From NCBI GenBank assembly GCA_965153285.1, contig OZ229112.1: a stretch of 64,000 nt of DNA; one strand, written 5' to 3'. The stretch is from Podarcis tiliguerta (lineage: Eukaryota). Shown here one piece after another: positions 45,372 to 56,996 of this stretch. The notes under the pieces are model-generated. The model was given only the letters and a program-made list of their open reading frames with translations. It was not told where the DNA came from and made no database searches. The position numbers were made by a program, and so were the translations under genes. Each line of letters begins with the position of its first letter. The first letter of the stretch is position 1.

Positions 45372-48300
45372 ACAAGTGGGGATGTTGCTTGGTTAACGAT
45401 AGTTAAAGAGCCCACATCTAGGACAAGTCCAATCACAATCCAACTCGGCCCTTTCTCTTCATTATTTTATGTATTTTTTAAATTTCTCAAGGCAGCAAAC
45501 AGAGCAGATAACAAAACACTGTGAAACAAGTATCCATTCCAATATTACACACACTCTCTGAAAATAAACCCAAAGCTAATTTAACGTTTCCAAAACCACC
45601 ATCATACTAAGCTACCAGAAAATGAATCAGTCAAAAGCTATGCCTGCAACTGCAGTATTATGACGGGGCCCAGCACATCTTACTTGGCAAAGCATTCCAC
45701 ATAGTTGGGTGCCAAAGCAGAGAAGGTCCTGACCCTGCTTTAAAGCAGCCTTGCCTCTTGAGGTTGAGGCAGCTCCTAGGTCCAAAGCTGTTTATGGGTT
45801 TTTAAAACCAACCCTAGCACCTTGAATCGAGCTTGAAACTAATCAGCAGTGATTAGTTTCTGATAACAGAAAACCAATATGATGGAATCAAATCACCAAA
45901 CACCTGTCGGGCGGATTTAGGGCTGTGTGAGAAGTGCACACACTGGGTGCTGAGCTGGGGGGGGGCGCCCTCTCAAAGGCATTGGGCTTTGGGAAGGAGG
46001 CATGAGGGCTCTGAGAGAGTCCTAGAGTCTTGTCGTCCCCCCCCCCCCTTTCTTAAAGCCTAGTTAGCACTTTCCCAGCTTTGGGAAGGAGGTAGGAGGG
46101 TTCTAAACCTTGCCAGAGCCCTCGCACCTCCTTCTCAAAGCTGGGCTACTCCTCACTTGCCTTTGGGAAGGAAACATGAGGGTGGCACACAGGCTACCAT
46201 AATAGTAGTACCCAAATCCACCACTGCACCTGTCAGCACCCTGGCTGCAGTATTTTGCACTGTTTGCAGGTTCTGGGCAGTTTTGAAGGCCTTGCCTCAC
46301 ATGGAGTGCCTTACAATGGTCCAATTTGGAAGTTGCTGAATGACTGGCAGCTAGCATCCACAGAGGGCCAAAGTTGCTTTTTACTGAGTCAGTCCATCTC
46401 GATCTGCACCAAGAATGAGAATGCCACCCTCCAGAAGTTGGACTTCCACTCCCATCAGCCCACTCAACATGGTTAATGTAAGGGATTATGGGAGTTGTAG
46501 TCCAGAGGCACCTGAAGGGGCAGAGAGGTGCTCCATCCACCTGGTCTGTACTTAGGTAGCAGATCTCCAGGATTTCAGACAGGAATGTTTCCCAGCCTGT
46601 GTGATCTGCCCTTGAGCTACAACCCCTTTCTTTTCCTGATAGAGTTTGCCTATGTGTGTAAACTAGTGTGCCCTTTGTCATTTCCACCTTTGCGCCTTTT
46701 TTTAAAAAAAGGCCTAGGCAATAGGCTATTAAAGAACCTGGCCATTCAAAATACGAAATGAAACCGACAATTGCCAGCCTGGGCCTGGGAGAATATAAGA
46801 TGGCGGCCTACCATGTTCTGCAAGGGATGAGACTTGCTTCCAAGCTGAGGAGGCCTGAAGAGCAGCCCGCCATACAGCCCTTAGGTTATGTGCACTTCCT
46901 CTTCCTGTGTACAGTGTGGCAGTACCCGTCCTCCGAATGTTATCTTTGCAGCCCCATGTAGGCTGCCGCCACTGGGCTTGGGAGTCAGACCATGCTTCTT
47001 CCCCCGCCCTTGCCTCCTCATCTTCTTCCAAATACAGCAAAGAGGAGAGGAGCCCCAGCAGTGGTTACCATGGAAACCGCCTCTCTCTGCAGCTGCGCTG
47101 CCTGAGCAGAATTGGCAGCTGGTGAGAGAAGAGACTAGACCAGGCAGCTCTCTCCTCTCCCCATCCCTCCTGCCTCAGGGAAGCAAATATGAGACGCTCC
47201 TCAGCACACCCCACCTAATCTTGCCCTTTCAAAACTGGGCGAGGCCTTTCTTCTTTCTGCCTTTCCGCTGTCAGGGTTTACCCTGCAAAATGAGAGGTGC
47301 TCGGGCCTTAAAGCCTGGCAGAAGGCTTCTTCTCTGACCCAGAAGCAATTCCTTCTAATTAAGACTAAGCTCGCCTAGAGGTTATGTGCTGCTATCCCAG
47401 GTGGAGAGGTACCATTTTTTCCCCTTAGCCAATTTAAGAAGATAAAGAAAAGCAGCAGCAGCAGCAGCAAAACAGATGCATAAAGTGATCACTCTCCCCC
47501 CAGTGTCTTTAACAGGCAGACATTAAACAGGTGCAGCACCTTTGAGTGAGAGTAGAAAACTGCACCTGTTGAATGCATCTGTGGCGTTATTAAACAAGTG
47601 CCATTTTGGGGGTGGGGAGTGAGGAGGTGCTGGTAGAGTTGAGGTTGTTGTACTGCCCAACAAATTCTGCCACTCCTGGAATGGCTGCATGCAACATGGC
47701 CTCTAACACCTGACTTTCTACCATCTAGGTGACCAAATAGCAGGAATGCTGGCAGTTTCTGTGGCGTCCAGCCGCACCCTCGAGGTTTTGGACTTGGAAG
47801 GAACGGGACTCACCAACCAATCAGCCTTGGTAAGGAGAACATGGTCCTTTGCCGCCTTCCGTTCGCCTTCTAAGTCATGGAAGTGGGCAGACTAGTTCCG
47901 TCTGCTTTTATCTACCCTAAATGCACTATTTCCCCAAATGCCCTGTCTCAGGGGAAGTTTGTCAGGAAGACTGGAGCCCCTTTGCGTTCTCCTTCCTTGG
48001 TTCTCTTGCCTCTAAGCTGAGTTGCTTACCAACCAGCCTCTCGACTCTTGCTCTGTTCAGATCCTGCTGGATATGGTGGAAAACTACCCGACAGCTTTGC
48101 GGACGCTGATCCTGGCAGAGAACAACATCAGCCCTGAACTTCAGCAGCAGATCTCCGACCTTCTTTCTGAGGGTGAGGAAGACGACGAGACGGAGACTCG
48201 TGAAGTCATGGCAAGAGAGAAGAACAACTGGATCTGCCAGAGCAGTAAGTCTGCTGGGGTCTCCACTGAGGAGGAAGAGGAAGATGGGGGGAGGTGAAGC

Positions 48301-49686
48301 TGGAAGGGGGAGGCTGACCATGGGAAACCATGACATTCAGGCCCTCAAAAAATTGAAGGTCACAAAATTTCAGTACTGGTATTTCAGAGCATCATAGAAT
48401 CATAGGGTTGGAAGGGACCATGAGAGTCATCTAGTCCAACCCCCCTCAGTGCAGGAATCTTTTGCCCAGGGCAAGTCTCGAATCCACAACCCTGTGATTA
48501 AGAGTCTCATGCTCTACCAGCTGAGCTAAAATGCACACATAGAAGCGTATACTTTTGTCCCAGTATTGATATTAGAATAGAGCTTAGTTAGGGATGAAAA
48601 CACTTTCCTACACTATGAAATCTAGTCCTTGGCACAAATGCACTGGCAGCACTAAACTGAAATGCAATCCAGCCGCTAATGATTTTCTGAAATCAACCCT
48701 ACAAATTGGCTTATGAAGGGGTGGTAATCTCCTGTTTGAACAAAAACCAAAGTCTGGTATCCCATTTGGGTTCTTTTGTGTAATTATAGGGCAAAGCCTT
48801 AAATGGAAACCCGAAGATTTTGTAAAGCACATCTCATGTGCCTATCAAGCAGAGAGCTACCGTTGTCTCCAGGAGTTAAAGGAAAATACTAGAGGAAAAG
48901 GAAAATACTAGAGCAAGTTAACTGTGGATGTCTAAGCACAGAGTTTAATCCAGCTTCACATTAGCAGGTCTCCTTTTTAACTGTGTATTTTGGAAATGGA
49001 AACTTTGTAGTGTGCAGACTTCAAATCAAGAGGCAGCACATCCTAATGGGTGTTCTGATACTGCACTTGGAGCCCAATAATTACAACAGAGGAGCTGCCT
49101 GCTTGTGTAACCCTTACCTTCCCCAACCTGGTGCTTATTTATACTTTCATCATCCTTGACCGTTGACCAAACTGGCAGATGCTGGAAACAGGGAGGGCAC
49201 CAGGTTAAGGAAGGCTAGTGGAACCACACAGCCTGTCTGCGGAAACAGCACATAGGAATCCAGGGAGTTGGGGAGGAAGGGAAGGGATGGGACTCTATGT
49301 GGCCATGGTCTGCAGCTACAATTGTAATCCCACTTATCTGGGAGTAAGCCCCATTGAATTCAATAAGAGACACTTCTGCGTAGACATGGTGAGTATTGTG
49401 CTATACACTTTAGGCATCAAATGAATTATTTAATTGCCAAGTGCTTCACTTCAGGAGTGCTCAAGCTGGTGCTTTCTTGAATTGTACTTAACGCTTCATG
49501 TTCTCCTTTATAATAGAGTCTTCCTAGCCCTGTGCTTAGGATCCAGCTACAAATCACAGTTGTCCCCCTCCATATCCTGTTCATTGGCTAAAACCACCTT
49601 TTCTCCATTTCACAGATTCTAGTTCCCAGATGGTCTTGGTAACTTCGGGCCTTGGAGAAAGTCTTCTAGCAGAAACAGAGATGTGA
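41149..49686 (+). CDS. LRRC73: Leucine-rich repeat-containing protein 73, complete, 6 exons, 303 aa
   Basis: join(41149-41420,42206-42366,45161-45283,47729-47829,48061-48244,49616-49686). MLPGSIQISGE...LHGSPLTDAGLALLNPAL...SQMVLVTSGLGESLLAETEM*. Ribonuclease-inhibitor-type LRRs; synteny with YIPF3 and TJAP1. Confidence 0.95.
42206..42366 (+). CDS. LRRC73: LRRC73 exon 2
   Basis: cag acceptor, gtaagc donor, 161 nt. Confidence 0.95.
42420..42730 (-). mobile_element. Degraded CR1 fragment
   Basis: Similar to the CR1 3' end at 24171-24370. Confidence 0.5.
43475..43698. mobile_element. Tc1/mariner (Tigger/pogo-like) MITE
   Basis: TIRs CAGTGGTACCTTGGGTTA / TAACCCGAGGTACCACTG; TA TSD on both sides. 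Confidence 0.88.
44230..44393. mobile_element. 164-bp hAT MITE with 8-bp TSD
   Basis: TIRs CAGTGGCATAGCGTGGG / CCCATGCTACGCCACTG; TSD TGTCCCAC at 44222-44229 and 44394-44401. Confidence 0.88.
44768..44996. mobile_element. Tc1/mariner (Tigger-like) MITE
   Basis: Ends CAGTGGTACCTC / GAGGTATGACTG; TA TSD; sits in a (TAG)n run. Confidence 0.8.
45161..45283 (+). CDS. LRRC73: LRRC73 exon 3
   Basis: tag acceptor, gtgaga donor, 123 nt. Confidence 0.95.
45318..45366. repeat. (CT)n microsatellite
   Basis: Direct read. Confidence 0.95.
47064..47077. promoter_or_regulatory. RFX X-box GTTACCATGGAAAC in LRRC73 intron 3
   Basis: Matches the X-box consensus GTTNCCATGGNAAC. Confidence 0.6.
47729..47829 (+). 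CDS. LRRC73: LRRC73 exon 4 (DQIAGMLAV...NQSAL)
   Basis: tag acceptor, gtaagg donor, 101 nt. Confidence 0.94.
48061..48244 (+). CDS. LRRC73: LRRC73 exon 5
   Basis: cag acceptor, gtaagt donor, 184 nt. Confidence 0.94.
48391..48528 (-). mobile_element. tRNA-Lys(CTT)-derived SINE with CR1-like tail
   Basis: Minus strand TAGCTCAGCTGGTAGAGCATGAGACTCTTAATC..GATTCGAG, then GGGGTTGGACTAGATGAC...ATGATTCTATGA. Confidence 0.75.
49616..49686 (+). CDS. LRRC73: LRRC73 exon 6, coding part
   Basis: cag acceptor, ends LLAETEM then TGA. Confidence 0.94.
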
Positions 49687-50243
49687 AAAGGAAACTCCCA
49701 TTGCCTCTGATGAGAACATCACTTCCATGTATGTGGAAAGACTGTGTTTATTTTAAAAAAAAAAAAGTGCATTCACACATATATCATGTGTGAATGTGTA
49801 CTGTGCTTGTGTGTTTGCAAGTGAGTGTATGCACTAGGCAAACAGATGGGTGTGAAAGCCTAATGTCTATGTGTAATTGCTGCGCCTGCCCTGAGTGCAG
49901 ATCCACACACTGTGTCTTACTGAAGTCACTTTTAGCTCCACACTGGGACGTGACCCAAGTTAATCTCTGTGTCTGTGTCACACAACTTGTCAGTTGCTTG
50001 TGATTGTCCAGTTGCTGTATTTTTAGGTCGCACCATCCATTCTTGACTAATCTTTGCGGGAGGCTGTATTTATTCAGATGTGTATATTTATGTATAACAG
50101 ATACTTTTTATTGCTTGTACCTATGTCTTAAGTAGAATTTTATATAAAGTTCACAGAAATGGCCCAGTTGTGGCCATGAGGCTCTTTCCTTTCTAACTAC
50201 ACATCAGCAAGGCAGCTTCACTAAGGGAAATAATGCAACCTTA

Positions 50244-50313
50244 CGTTGTTCTTTAGTCGTGTCCGACTCTTCGTGACCCCATGGACCAGAGCACGCCAGG
50301 CACTCCAGTCTTC
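50244..50313 (-). mobile_element. Short 5'-truncated BovB (RTE) 3' end
   Basis: GTCGTGTCCGACTCTTCGTGACCCCATGGAC is the BovB 3' signature; flanking repeat AATGCAACCTTA at 50232-50243 and 50349-50360. Confidence 0.75.
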
Positions 50314-50505
50314 AATGCATTACTATGAGGTTGCATTGTGACAAAGACAATGCAACCTTATAGTAATGCATTTTTTGTTGCGCTGCCTCTAATGGGCTGA
50401 GAAAGCAACTTAGCACTTGATAATTAAGTCTACAACCCCCACAAAGAGAAAGCTGATTTCTGTTAGCAGAAGGCTCCTGTGAACCAGGCCTTATATAGCC
50501 TAAAC

Positions 50506-50832
50506 CAGGGGTAGGCAACTTAAGGTCCGTGGGCTGGATGCGGCCCAATTGCCTTCTCAATCTAGCCTGCTGACAGTCCGGAAATCAGCGTGTTTTTACA
50601 TGAGTAAAATGTGTCCTTTCATTTAAAATGCATCTCTGGATTATTTGTGGGGCCTGCCTGGTGTTTTTACATGAGTAGAATGTGTGCTTTTATTTCAAAT
50701 GCATCTCTGGGTTATTTGTGGGGCAAAGAAATTCGTTCATTCCCCCCCCCCCAAAAAAAATATAGTCCGGCCCACCACAAGTTCTGAGGGACGGTGGACC
50801 AGCCCACAGATGAAAAAGGTTGCTGACCCCTG
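50506..50832. mobile_element. Non-autonomous hAT (Charlie-like) element
   Basis: TIRs CAGGGGTAGGCAACTT / AGGTTGCTGACCCCTG; TSD GCCTAAAC / GCCTAAAT; internal ~70-bp tandem duplication. Confidence 0.85.
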
Positions 50833-52221
50833 GCCTAAATAATTATTTTCCCCAAATAAGTTGGAGTGAATGCCCTTGAGTTCCATAATGACTGTACTAA
50901 GACACTCAAGGCAGTCACAGGTGCTACCAGAAATACCCAGGAGAAAAAATTGCATAGGGACAGAGTGCACACTTTGGGTGCTCTTGAAGTATCCCTAATT
51001 TCAGAAGGCTGCATTACCTTGAAGGTAATAACTTGGGCCATTTGCCAGCAGTGGAGGTGGCCACATCCCTATCGATCTATGCACACAAGCACCTCTCATT
51101 CAACCCTCTCTTTCACATTGACCCTACAGCAATTTTCATTGCGGGAGGAACTCATTGTCAGCCCCAATGGGAGGGGTTTTTATTGCTAAATTGCAGGGGT
51201 GTGGCCCCTGCTCTAGATCAGGACTATGGTAGGAGGCAAAGGGTTAAAGCCCCCCTCCCAACAACCCCCCACTGGTCCCAATTCAGATTCGTTCCCCCAC
51301 TGCCTGCAATTTGATGCTTTCCTTCCTGCATCAGCAGAGAACACAGAGGTCTAGAGGGAAGAAGCAGAGGCTCTGGTAGTCTGATGGGACTGCATCCTGG
51401 ATCCCAGGTTCCCCCCAGCTTAAATACTGAAGTTAACACCAGAGGACTAAACTGGTCTGGTTGTGATCCAGTGACAAGTAAGATCTAAGGCAGTGAGCAT
51501 TGGCTCTGCTCTGTTGTTCAGAATCTGCTCCATTTTTACATTTGAAGATATGTGCACTTCTAAGCACACAAACCCAACTTCAAGCAAATCCCAAAGTGCT
51601 ATACGCGGACAACTACTGGCCTTGCTTCTTTTGCGTAAACAGCCACTTCACTGCGGGGAAACTGTTGTGGAATAGTATGCACAAGGGCTGCAAAATGGGG
51701 CAACAAGAAATACCTCCTGTTGGGAACTGTGGCCCTCCAGCAACTGTTGACTACTACAGCTCCCACCATCTCCAACCACTGGCCATCCTGGCTGGGGCTA
51801 ATGGTAGCTGCAGTCTAATAACATCTGGAGGGCCACAAGTTCTCCATCCGTGACGTAAGGCCTCAGCCATGTAAGGCAGTCTGTGGAAATGTGTTTTGTT
51901 ACAATGGTACCCATGCTTCCTCCTAAGAGTTCACAGTGGCTCTGTTGCTTCCATGCAGGATTCTAGGGACAGCAGGACTCTGTTTTGCTTTGGACTATTT
52001 TCCTAGCCCCACACAAACAAAACCAATAAATTGTTTTCTCTGTGTCAATCACAAAAGCCAAGAGAACCACCAGGAGGCAGCAGTGCCATGCAGCTTCTAA
52101 TTAGGATATTGTGACTGCCACAGACCGCGTGATTTATGGGACAGCTACATAAACAGGGGGAGAGGGAATAGAGACATTATGTTGTGAAAGTGGACAATCT
52201 ACTTCCATTTTACAGAGGCAG

Positions 52222-52283
52222 GTGCCTCGCTCTGAGCCCGGCCTTGGCTGGGGAGGGCGGGGTATAAATAAAAAAATTAATTA

Positions 52284-52321
<38 letters not shown>
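52222..52321 (+). repeat. L2-type 3' terminus with (TTA)n tail
   Basis: GGGCGGGGTATAAATAAA followed by an (ATT)n run, as in the L2 at 28.7 kb. Confidence 0.7.
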
Positions 52322-52322
<1 letters not shown>

Positions 52323-53008
52323 GCAAGAGGTTGCTTTCTATCCTACAGAGGTCCAAATACAAACCCTACATTAGTAGCCCAGTTGCTAAAAGATCCAGAA
52401 GTAAATTGGCAATGTAAACAGAGTCATGACAATGGCTTATATTCAGCATAGCTCCATCAGTGCCATGTTTTTCCTTGGGAAGGCAAGCTCACCCTCTTCT
52501 GCCTTTGTGGATCCCCTAAACCTGCACAAAAAGACTTGAGGGTGGGGCAGAGTATTGCAAGCGTGGGAAGATACTCAAGAGCTAGCAGGAGTCCATGTGC
52601 TGGCTTCAGCTAGCACAACCAGTTTCACGTGACCCACTGAGAAGACCGATCAAGTCTGGGTGGACCTTCACAAGGAGGGCCACAGATCACATTGTGCTTG
52701 CCGAAGGGTCTGAGATTCAATCCCATGCATCTCAAATTAAAGCAGGGCCTTCTCCGCATGTTGCTGAAATTCCAATTCTCATTAGCCCCAGGAAATATGT
52801 AAGGGATGATGGGAATTTTCATCCTACAGTGTCCGGACCACAGGTTCACCAACCCTGAGTTAGAAGAATGAAAGGGAAGACCCTTTGCTTGCAGCCATGC
52901 AGAGCCGCAGGTCAAAAAACTGAACACCCTAAAAATCTGTGGTTTCGTGTGCTCCCCTTTCAGCTCCTAGCAGCACAGCAGTCAGCTTCAGACGTACTTT
53001 TAAAATAG

Positions 53009-53014
53009 TTTATT
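53009..53014 (-). terminator. TJAP1: Probable TJAP1 polyadenylation signal
   Basis: TTTATT on plus (AATAAA on minus) with an upstream TGTA element, about 2.7 kb past the stop. Confidence 0.55.
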
Positions 53015-55676
53015 TCTGGCTTTAAAATATACATTATCAGTTTGAAAATCTCAGAAAAAACACATTAGTCGCAGATTAACAGTCTTGAGTTGGGACATTG
53101 TAAAATACGGGGCAGCCAAAGAAGGCAACTCAAGCTCCCCGAGAGAGAATTCATAATACTGCCAGAGAGGAGAAGGATGCAAAGGGCTGAGATGCAGGAC
53201 TGCACAAAAGGAGCTCTGGGAGGAAGGCTGCAGCAGCAGGACTAACACAGACCTGATCCTCAATTCTCCTGCAGGCTTTCACTGCCCAGACCCATGTGAA
53301 ATAAATGGCACGGTTCGGTTCCACTCGAGAATGATCTCCTTTCTCTCCCCTCCTCCCAACCTTTAGTACAATAGAATTAAAGGAAATGGAGATTGGTCTC
53401 AATCAACATCGTAGTAACTGCTTGGAATTGTCCGTTTGGTGGCTGCAATTGTGACAGTTTCAGATTGCCTTATGTGCAGTTGTGCAGCCCAGCCACGGAA
53501 AAGAGGCCTGGGCTCCGGACTAAAAAATTGTCTCGGTGGGATGTGCTAAAATCAGTTCCATTCTCGCCAAGCTCATGAGAAGGGCCCAGATTCTATGGGA
53601 TAGGCTTCACCCAGCACCATGTCTGTCCAATACTGACCACAAACAAGAGGTCACCAGGAAGCCCCAACGGCTTCCCATCTCCAGCAGCCTTTGCAGCAAG
53701 AAAGAGAGCACTGCAGTGCTGGAGCAGGAACATGTGGCAACTTGGATTCTACCTTTTGAAGAGCAAAGGAAATTCCAAGGAATCAAGGGTAGAAGGAGGA
53801 GAGTGGCTGAGCAAAGCAAGCAGCTGCCGGCTGTAGAAGTCAGATCTTTACTGGTTAAATGCCGCATAGGCAAAATGTAGGGTGTCCATATTTAGCACCA
53901 ATTTATTAGCATAGCTAAACTGAAAATACTGAGTCACACCCCAATGCTGGGATGCAACTGCCAGCAGCTTATCAGCAAGAGAAGTGGCCAGTGAAGAAGG
54001 CCACATCAAAAAGTTAGCTATGGCCAGACTGCTCCACAATTAACACACAGCAGACCCTGGTTAGGTCTAAAGGGAGGCAGCAGGGGACAGCACAAAAGGC
54101 AAGTAGATCAACACAAGATAGGCCATGGAAGCCATCCAATGGATACTGGGAGGTTTCGGGGAAAGTTCTTGGTCCTGAAGGGCTATGAGTGGGTTTTCTG
54201 AGCAGCTTGCAGCTGCTTTGCTGGTGTTTGCAAGGGAGAAGACTCCCTGTGCTGAGAAGAAAGGCTTTAGGGTACTCTCCAGCAGAAGATCACACAGACT
54301 CCATCCGGACATAAGCAGCTGGCAGTGCAACCAAGCTCAGCAGCCTAGTCTTCTCACTGTTTTCTTGAAGATTGCACTGGTTGCACCAAGGGCAGGCTAG
54401 GAAACTGCGTCTATGGAACGTGATCATTCAGTGAAAAATTCCTAACACTGGCAACCTTTTCCTCCCCAGGTGCGTGCACAGATATACGCAAAACACAGAA
54501 ACATACTGCAAAGGGAGAGACAAAAATACAACACTGATTACATACAAAAAACCAAAGCAAGTAGAGGAGGGGGAATATCAGACCTTGCCTAAGGCCTTGG
54601 GAAGGCACTAGTATTGATTTGGATCACAGCCACGATAGGATGCTCATCCTCACTCACCAAGGGGCAAACAGGATGGTCCTATAGAGGCAAGATGGCCGCA
54701 TTGCTTAGGCTTTAGCAACTCCTCAGCGGGTGGTGGCCATAGGGCAACAGCGACAATGAGATGAGCCGCTTCTTGCAGGGCAGATGCTCTCTGACCAATC
54801 CCCCCCACCCCATCCCTGCACATTCTTTGCTCGTTCACAAAAGGAAGAGGTAAGCACAATTCAAAAGACAAAGACCTATAAGAAAGCAAGTAAAAGAACA
54901 CATAGCTTCACGTCATTCAAATGAGACACAGACCACCCAAGAAAGAGCCAACATGACAGTCACACACAGCTGAACCCATTATGGCAAATGGACCAGCCTC
55001 CATTTTGCTAGCTGGCTGGAGCAGGGAAGCTCCAAGGCCCATTCTGGCAGGCTCCCGAGTGGCGCTCCTCCCAACGAGTAACCATGCTGGGTTCAGGAAG
55101 CAAGGAAACTCTGGAGGTGGCCTCTGAGCATCGTTCCACCTATTCATGCCAGCGCACATCCACGTAGCAGAATGCAGGAAAAGAAAGCAGCGAAGCTCAC
55201 ACATCTGGGGATGCCCACCTAACGGAAGCCGCCGCACCTCACCCGCAGCCTTCACCTGGGGGAAGATTCACACAAGGAAAATAGGGACAGCGTGTTCCTA
55301 CTTCTTGGCACGTAGGAATAGAGGCTTGAGATGCCGAAGGGGCGTAACTCAGAACCAACAATGGGATGGGATGTTAGCAGGAAGGAATTGGAGTGCGAAG
55401 GCAGAACTGAGCTGTGGAAGGAAGGGCATGAGTGCAAACTGAGCTGTGGACACAAAGCACCTGTGCTGGTGGGAACCCGAGTGTTTTGCCCTGGTGCTGT
55501 AGCAGGAGAGCTGCCTCCGTTCTTAGTGTGCATTAAAAAAGACAATAAATATATAAAAATGGCCTGGAATTCCTGGGAAGGAGTCCCGTGACGGTCCTCC
55601 TTTCAACCTCAGGAGTAGAGTAACAGCCCTTGGGAGCTGGGTGCAACGCTGCACCTGGGCAGCTTCCTTCCTACCC

Positions 55677-56996
55677 TCAGTTGAGCAAGTTGCCTTGCTC
55701 CTGGGCCTGTGTCAGGCTGTCTTTCCGATGGAGGTGGTGAACCCCCATCCTCTTGGGGCTGCGGTGGGGGCGGCCCGGAGGGGGCTTGCTCTTGCCCTCC
55801 CTGCTCTGCTCAGAGCTGCCCTCTTGGCTGTTTTCCTGGCTTCCCTGCAGCAGCGTTTCCTGCTCTTCGGCCGGGCTCCCGGACGAGTCGAGGTCCACGT
55901 AGTCTTTGTGCTTCTCTGGGGAAGAGCTGGTGGGCTCCGCCGCCCCCTCTCCGCCGCCCCCTTGCAGCAGCTTGTGGGCTTCGTCCTGGGAGAAGTCCGT
56001 GCCGTAGTCGGAGGAGAGGTGGCCCCGGCGAGCCCGGGACTCGGTGCTGTCGGTGTCGGTGCTGGAGTCCCTGCTCACCGTCCAGCTGCAGCTCTGCACC
56101 GACTCCTCGCCGTCCGAGTAGGTGGAGGCGGCCCGGCCTAGCTCCTGCATGGAGCGGCTGAAACGTTTCTGGAGCTCCTGGGCCGTGTCGCGGCTGAAGG
56201 AGGTGCGGTTCACCAGCACCCGCTCCGTGGTCGGGGGAGCCTTCTCCACAAACATCCGCTGCCAGTTGGCCAGCAAGTCCTCCTCGGAGCTGGCCGAGCT
56301 GGCGAAGGTGCTGGGCACCTGCGGGGGGCTGCTGAAGGGGCTGCTCTGCGAGGAGCCGTGGGCTCGGCTCACCTTGGGGGAGGGCTGGTAAGAGCAGCTG
56401 GAGGCCGAGCGCTGGCCCTCCGAGGCGGGGCTGCTGGGAAGGGTGCGCTGCCTGTCGCCGTTCTCCTCCTCCCCCTGGACCAGGCTCAAGGAGATGGCTT
56501 GGCGTGTGGCGTAGGTGCAGTTGGGCAGGGGGCTGTTCTTCGGGATCCGCACCTTGTCTTCCGAGAACTCGATCACCTTGCGCCCCGGGTACATGGGGTG
56601 GGGCGGAGGCGGAGTGGGGTACGGGCTCAGCTTCTCAAATGTGGGCACCTCTCCAGGGAGGCCCTCCAAGCCGCTTGGAGGTTTGCAGCCCCCGTTCTGC
56701 TGCCTTGCTCCCTCGGCCCCCTCGCTCCCAGGCTGGCCTGGGCTTGGGCAAGCGTCGGATGGAGCTCCGCTCATGTCGACGTGCACAAAGACGTCCTCGG
56801 CGATGGAGCAACTGCCGCTGCTGGATTTGGCCGAGTTGAGCACCAGGGACTCCGGCTTCTCCAGGACTCTGGCGATCACCGAGGTGGGCACCACATCCGA
56901 TGGAGCCAAGGTGTGAGGGGCCTCCTGCCCGGGGCCAGAGGTCTCCTGAGTGCTATGCAGGTGCTTGTTGACCATGTCTTGCAGCTCGTAGGGAAG
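55677..56996 (-). CDS. TJAP1: TJAP1 last coding exon (LPYELQDMVNKHL...GNLLN*)
   Basis: gtag acceptor, 1320 nt open frame to TGA. Confidence 0.96.
   Translation of the reverse strand, partial: LPYELQDMVNKHLHSTQETSGPGQEAPHTLAPSDVVPTSVIARVLEKPESLVLNSAKSSSGSCSIAEDVFVHVDMSGAPSDACPSPGQPGSEGAEGARQQNGGCKPPSGLEGLPGEVPTFEKLSPYPTPPPPHPMYPGRKVIEFSEDKVRIPKNSPLPNCTYATRQAISLSLVQGEEENGDRQRTLPSSPASEGQRSASSCSYQPSPKVSRAHGSSQSSPFSSPPQVPSTFASSASSEEDLLANWQRMFVEKAPPTTERVLVNRTSFSRDTAQELQKRFSRSMQELGRAASTYSDGEESVQSCSWTVSRDSSTDTDSTESRARRGHLSSDYGTDFSQDEAHKLLQGGGGEGAAEPTSSSPEKHKDYVDLDSSGSPAEEQETLLQGSQENSQEGSSEQSREGKSKPPPGRPHRSPKRMGVHHLHRKDSLTQAQEQGNLLN

Noticed and set aside
46103-46687. 194-aa minus-strand ORF
   Set aside because: Chance read-through across a MITE and an L2 remnant (KLDHCKALH)
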